Shown here: positions 62,145-64,000 of the stretch, piece after piece | Layout of the letters: each line of letters starts with the position of its first letter | Position numbering within the stretch: the stretch's first letter is position 1 | Virus record (IMG/VR): IMGVR_UViG_3300046689_000570 | Span: 852-64,851 of that record | Length of the DNA stretch: 64,000 nt | Reading direction: 5' to 3' (one strand) | DNA from: a virus | Lineage: Duplodnaviria; Caudoviricetes | The notes under the pieces: model-generated | The model's database searches: none | What the model was told of the DNA's origin: nothing | Seen by the model: only the letters and a program-made list of their open reading frames with translations | Position numbers and translations under genes: made by a program

Positions 62145-64000
62145 CTACGGTCCCCAGCCGGGGTCGGGTGGACCTCCCGCGTCTGCCCCGGAGGCCAGTG
62201 CGGACTCAAGATATTCCAGAGTGATGCCGTACCGCTCCTGTCCACCGGGGCCGATCACCAGCCCCTCGGTCCAGGCTAGTACGCTGATCTCGCGCGACTT
62301 GCCGTCCGACAGGATGATGGTCGCAGAGGGCGCAGCCGCGATCTGCTGGATCCCATCCCGTAGTCGTTGAGCATTCAACAACTGGTCCGAGAGGCCCTGA
62401 CGGTTGACGGTCCAGTCTTCGGTGCTGAGCACCAGCTTGCGCCTGCGTCGAAACGCGGGGTTCCCATCCGCATCCGTGAACTCCCTCACCTGTGCGAACA
62501 GCAGTAAGGAGTTAACCTGTGGCGTCTCGGTGTCGCCATCGCTGAAGAGGGTGATCTTCGGCTGGATGAGCTTCCCCTGTGCACTCTCGGGGAACGTGAC
62601 GCTGCCGCCGTTGACGGTGAAGTCCTGCTCGAAGTCGACAAACGTCTCATCGCCGTCGAGGGCGTATGACACCCGCGCTCCATGCGCATCGGAGAGGTTG
62701 GCCCCCAGGAGCGCAGCGCGGTGGTAGCTCTTGTCATTGGCGCCAAAGCCGCCATCGTCGATCCCCAGGGTGAACGATCCTTCGGTCACAAAGAGGCAAC
62801 TACTATCGCCTAAGGGGGAGGGAACGTAGAGCGGCAAGGTGATGATCTCGAACGTCCCGTTGTCCATGCCTACCAGAAGGCGCGGGTTCCCCACTGTACC
62901 GACGTCGAGGATCCTTGACACCAACATACTGTGCGCTCGACGTCCCTCCCACTTGGTGATCGCTCCGTGCATGTGACTGGCGAACTCCCACCGCTTGGTG
63001 TTGGTCTCGCCTGGATTCAGCCAGGAGCCGTACTTCATCAAGTACGTGTCCGTACCGTTGTAGACCGCGAAGTAGTTGAACCAGGAGTTATGCCCTGCAC
63101 TGGCCACCACTGTGCCCTGGATTTCAGAGCGATTCTCTACGAAGCGGCCCAGTCCAATGGGCTCCACGGTAGCACTACTCGCTGAAGTAACGGTAATCTT
63201 GTACCACTCTTCTCCGAAGGGAGTGTACGCATCACCCGCAAAGATCGAGGCTACGCGCCCGTTCTCGGGATCGCTGTTTACTGGCGTGGGGGTGATTTCG
63301 GCGGAGTCCAACAAGAACATCGCGTTCTTGGTGAAGACGAGCACTTCGTTATGTGCAGCGAGTAATCGAGTAACCGCATGACTGGGGTCGACTGAGCTGA
63401 AAGCGGTCCACCCTGCATTACTCGTAGGATCCAGGATGCTTTTCCAGATAACGAACGGAGTCTCCACTATGCCAGGCACCAGGCTCAACTGTGCCGCACG
63501 GTACAAAGGTACGGAGTTGCCGACCGTGTGCGCAAAGTAAGCACCCGTTAGGTCGTGCGCAGTCCAGGTTACCCCGTCCGTGGTGTACCAGAAGTTGCCG
63601 AAGTCCATTCCCGCCAGAAGCAAGAATGTATCCCCGTAGTAGAAACTGTGTAGATCGGTGGGAGTCTGACCGTTCGCGTCCGAGGGGGGCAGCTCGCCTA
63701 CCAGAGTAACAGCTCCTCCGCTATCATCCATCGTGAGACTCGAAGTCGTTCCCATGAGACCGATGTCGCTGGGAGTTCCCCCTGCCACAGTGCGCCACAC
63801 CTGATAGAGAGTGGCGCCGGCTACCGCACTCCAGGAGATGGTGTTGTAGGCACTCCCGCTTAGCGTAGCGGCCCCCAACGCGGTACTGACTGCCGCACTA
63901 GGAGCAGAGTGGGGGGGATCGAAAGCCCCCTGTGCGACTACCTCGTACTCCCAAGTCGTGGAGCCTGCGGCGGGAGGAGGAATCGAGCCCGAGCCGTTGT
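62145..64000 (-). CDS. Large tail protein (nozzle/tubular-B-like, beta-rich), 5'-truncated by the window edge
   Basis: Frame stays open from 63878 to 64000; FN3-like WSAVAGATLYQVWR then a beta-propeller-like region. Confidence 0.6.
   Translation of the reverse strand, partial: NGSGSIPPPAAGSTTWEYEVVAQGAFDPPHSAPSAAVSTALGAATLSGSAYNTISWSAVAGATLYQVWRTVAGGTPSDIGLMGTTSSLTMDDSGGAVTLVGELPPSDANGQTPTDLHSFYYGDTFLLLAGMDFGNFWYTTDGVTWTAHDLTGAYFAHTVGNSVPLYRAAQLSLVPGIVETPFVIWKSILDPTSNAGWTAFSSVDPSHAVTRLLAAHNEVLVFTKNAMFLLDSAEITPTPVNSDPENGRVASIFAGDAYTPFGEEWYKITVTSASSATVEPIGLGRFVENRSEIQGTVVASAGHNSWFNYFAVYNGTDTYLMKYGSWLNPGETNTKRWEFASHMHGAITKWEGRRAHSMLVSRILDVGTVGNPRLLVGMDNGTFEIITLPLYVPSPLGDSSCLFVTEGSFTLGIDDGGFGANDKSYHRAALLGANLSDAHGARVSYALDGDETFVDFEQDFTVNGGSVTFPESAQGKLIQPKITLFSDGDTETPQVNSLLLFAQVREFTDADGNPAFRRRRKLVLSTEDWTVNRQGLSDQLLNAQRLRDGIQQIAAAPSATIILSDGKSREISVLAWTEGLVIGPGGQERYGITLEYLESALASGADAGGPPDPGWGP

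Noticed and set aside
1-64000. tRNA genes, alternative genetic code, integrase/att sites
   Set aside because: No cloverleaf with T-loop consensus noticed in the intergenic gaps; conserved genes are intact in code 11 using all three stops; no tyrosine or serine recombinase motifs seen (by eye only)

Overview
The window is a nearly complete genome of a high-GC tailed dsDNA bacteriophage; no host housekeeping genes are visible. The layout is podovirus-like: no tail-tube or tape-measure cluster is recognisable and there are large internal 'ejection' proteins. The contig is probably opened inside a tail gene, because a minus-strand gene leaves the left edge and a minus-strand tail gene enters the right edge. 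Minus strand 27304->1 and 64000->55815 carry packaging, virion and lysis genes: TerS, TerL with a ~195-aa insertion, an Acb2/Tad1-like protein, portal, Lys-rich microproteins, a 2431-aa C39-peptidase/GH73/LPD38-like protein, scaffold, major capsid, three tandem paralogous tail/adaptor proteins, fibres, membrane proteins and a GH25-like endolysin. Plus strand 29902->55922 carries early and replication genes: HTH-HNH, MoxR-type AAA plus VWA, UvrD, MTase, SNF2, a UDG-PolA fusion, PD-(D/E)XK nuclease, Sak4-like ATPase, SSB, VRR-NUC, 3D protein, dCTP deaminase and ThyX. The primase-polymerase gene is inverted within this block. The divergence region (27.3-29.9 kb) holds a small orphan operon, a repeated 18-20-mer and a ~180-bp AT-rich imperfect inverted repeat. 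A conserved promoter-plus-hairpin element occurs four times. The host is probably a monoderm high-GC bacterium (Actinomycetota or Chloroflexota; inference). No integrase, tRNA, CRISPR array or reverse transcriptase was seen. All family calls come from recognising motifs by eye, not from database searches.
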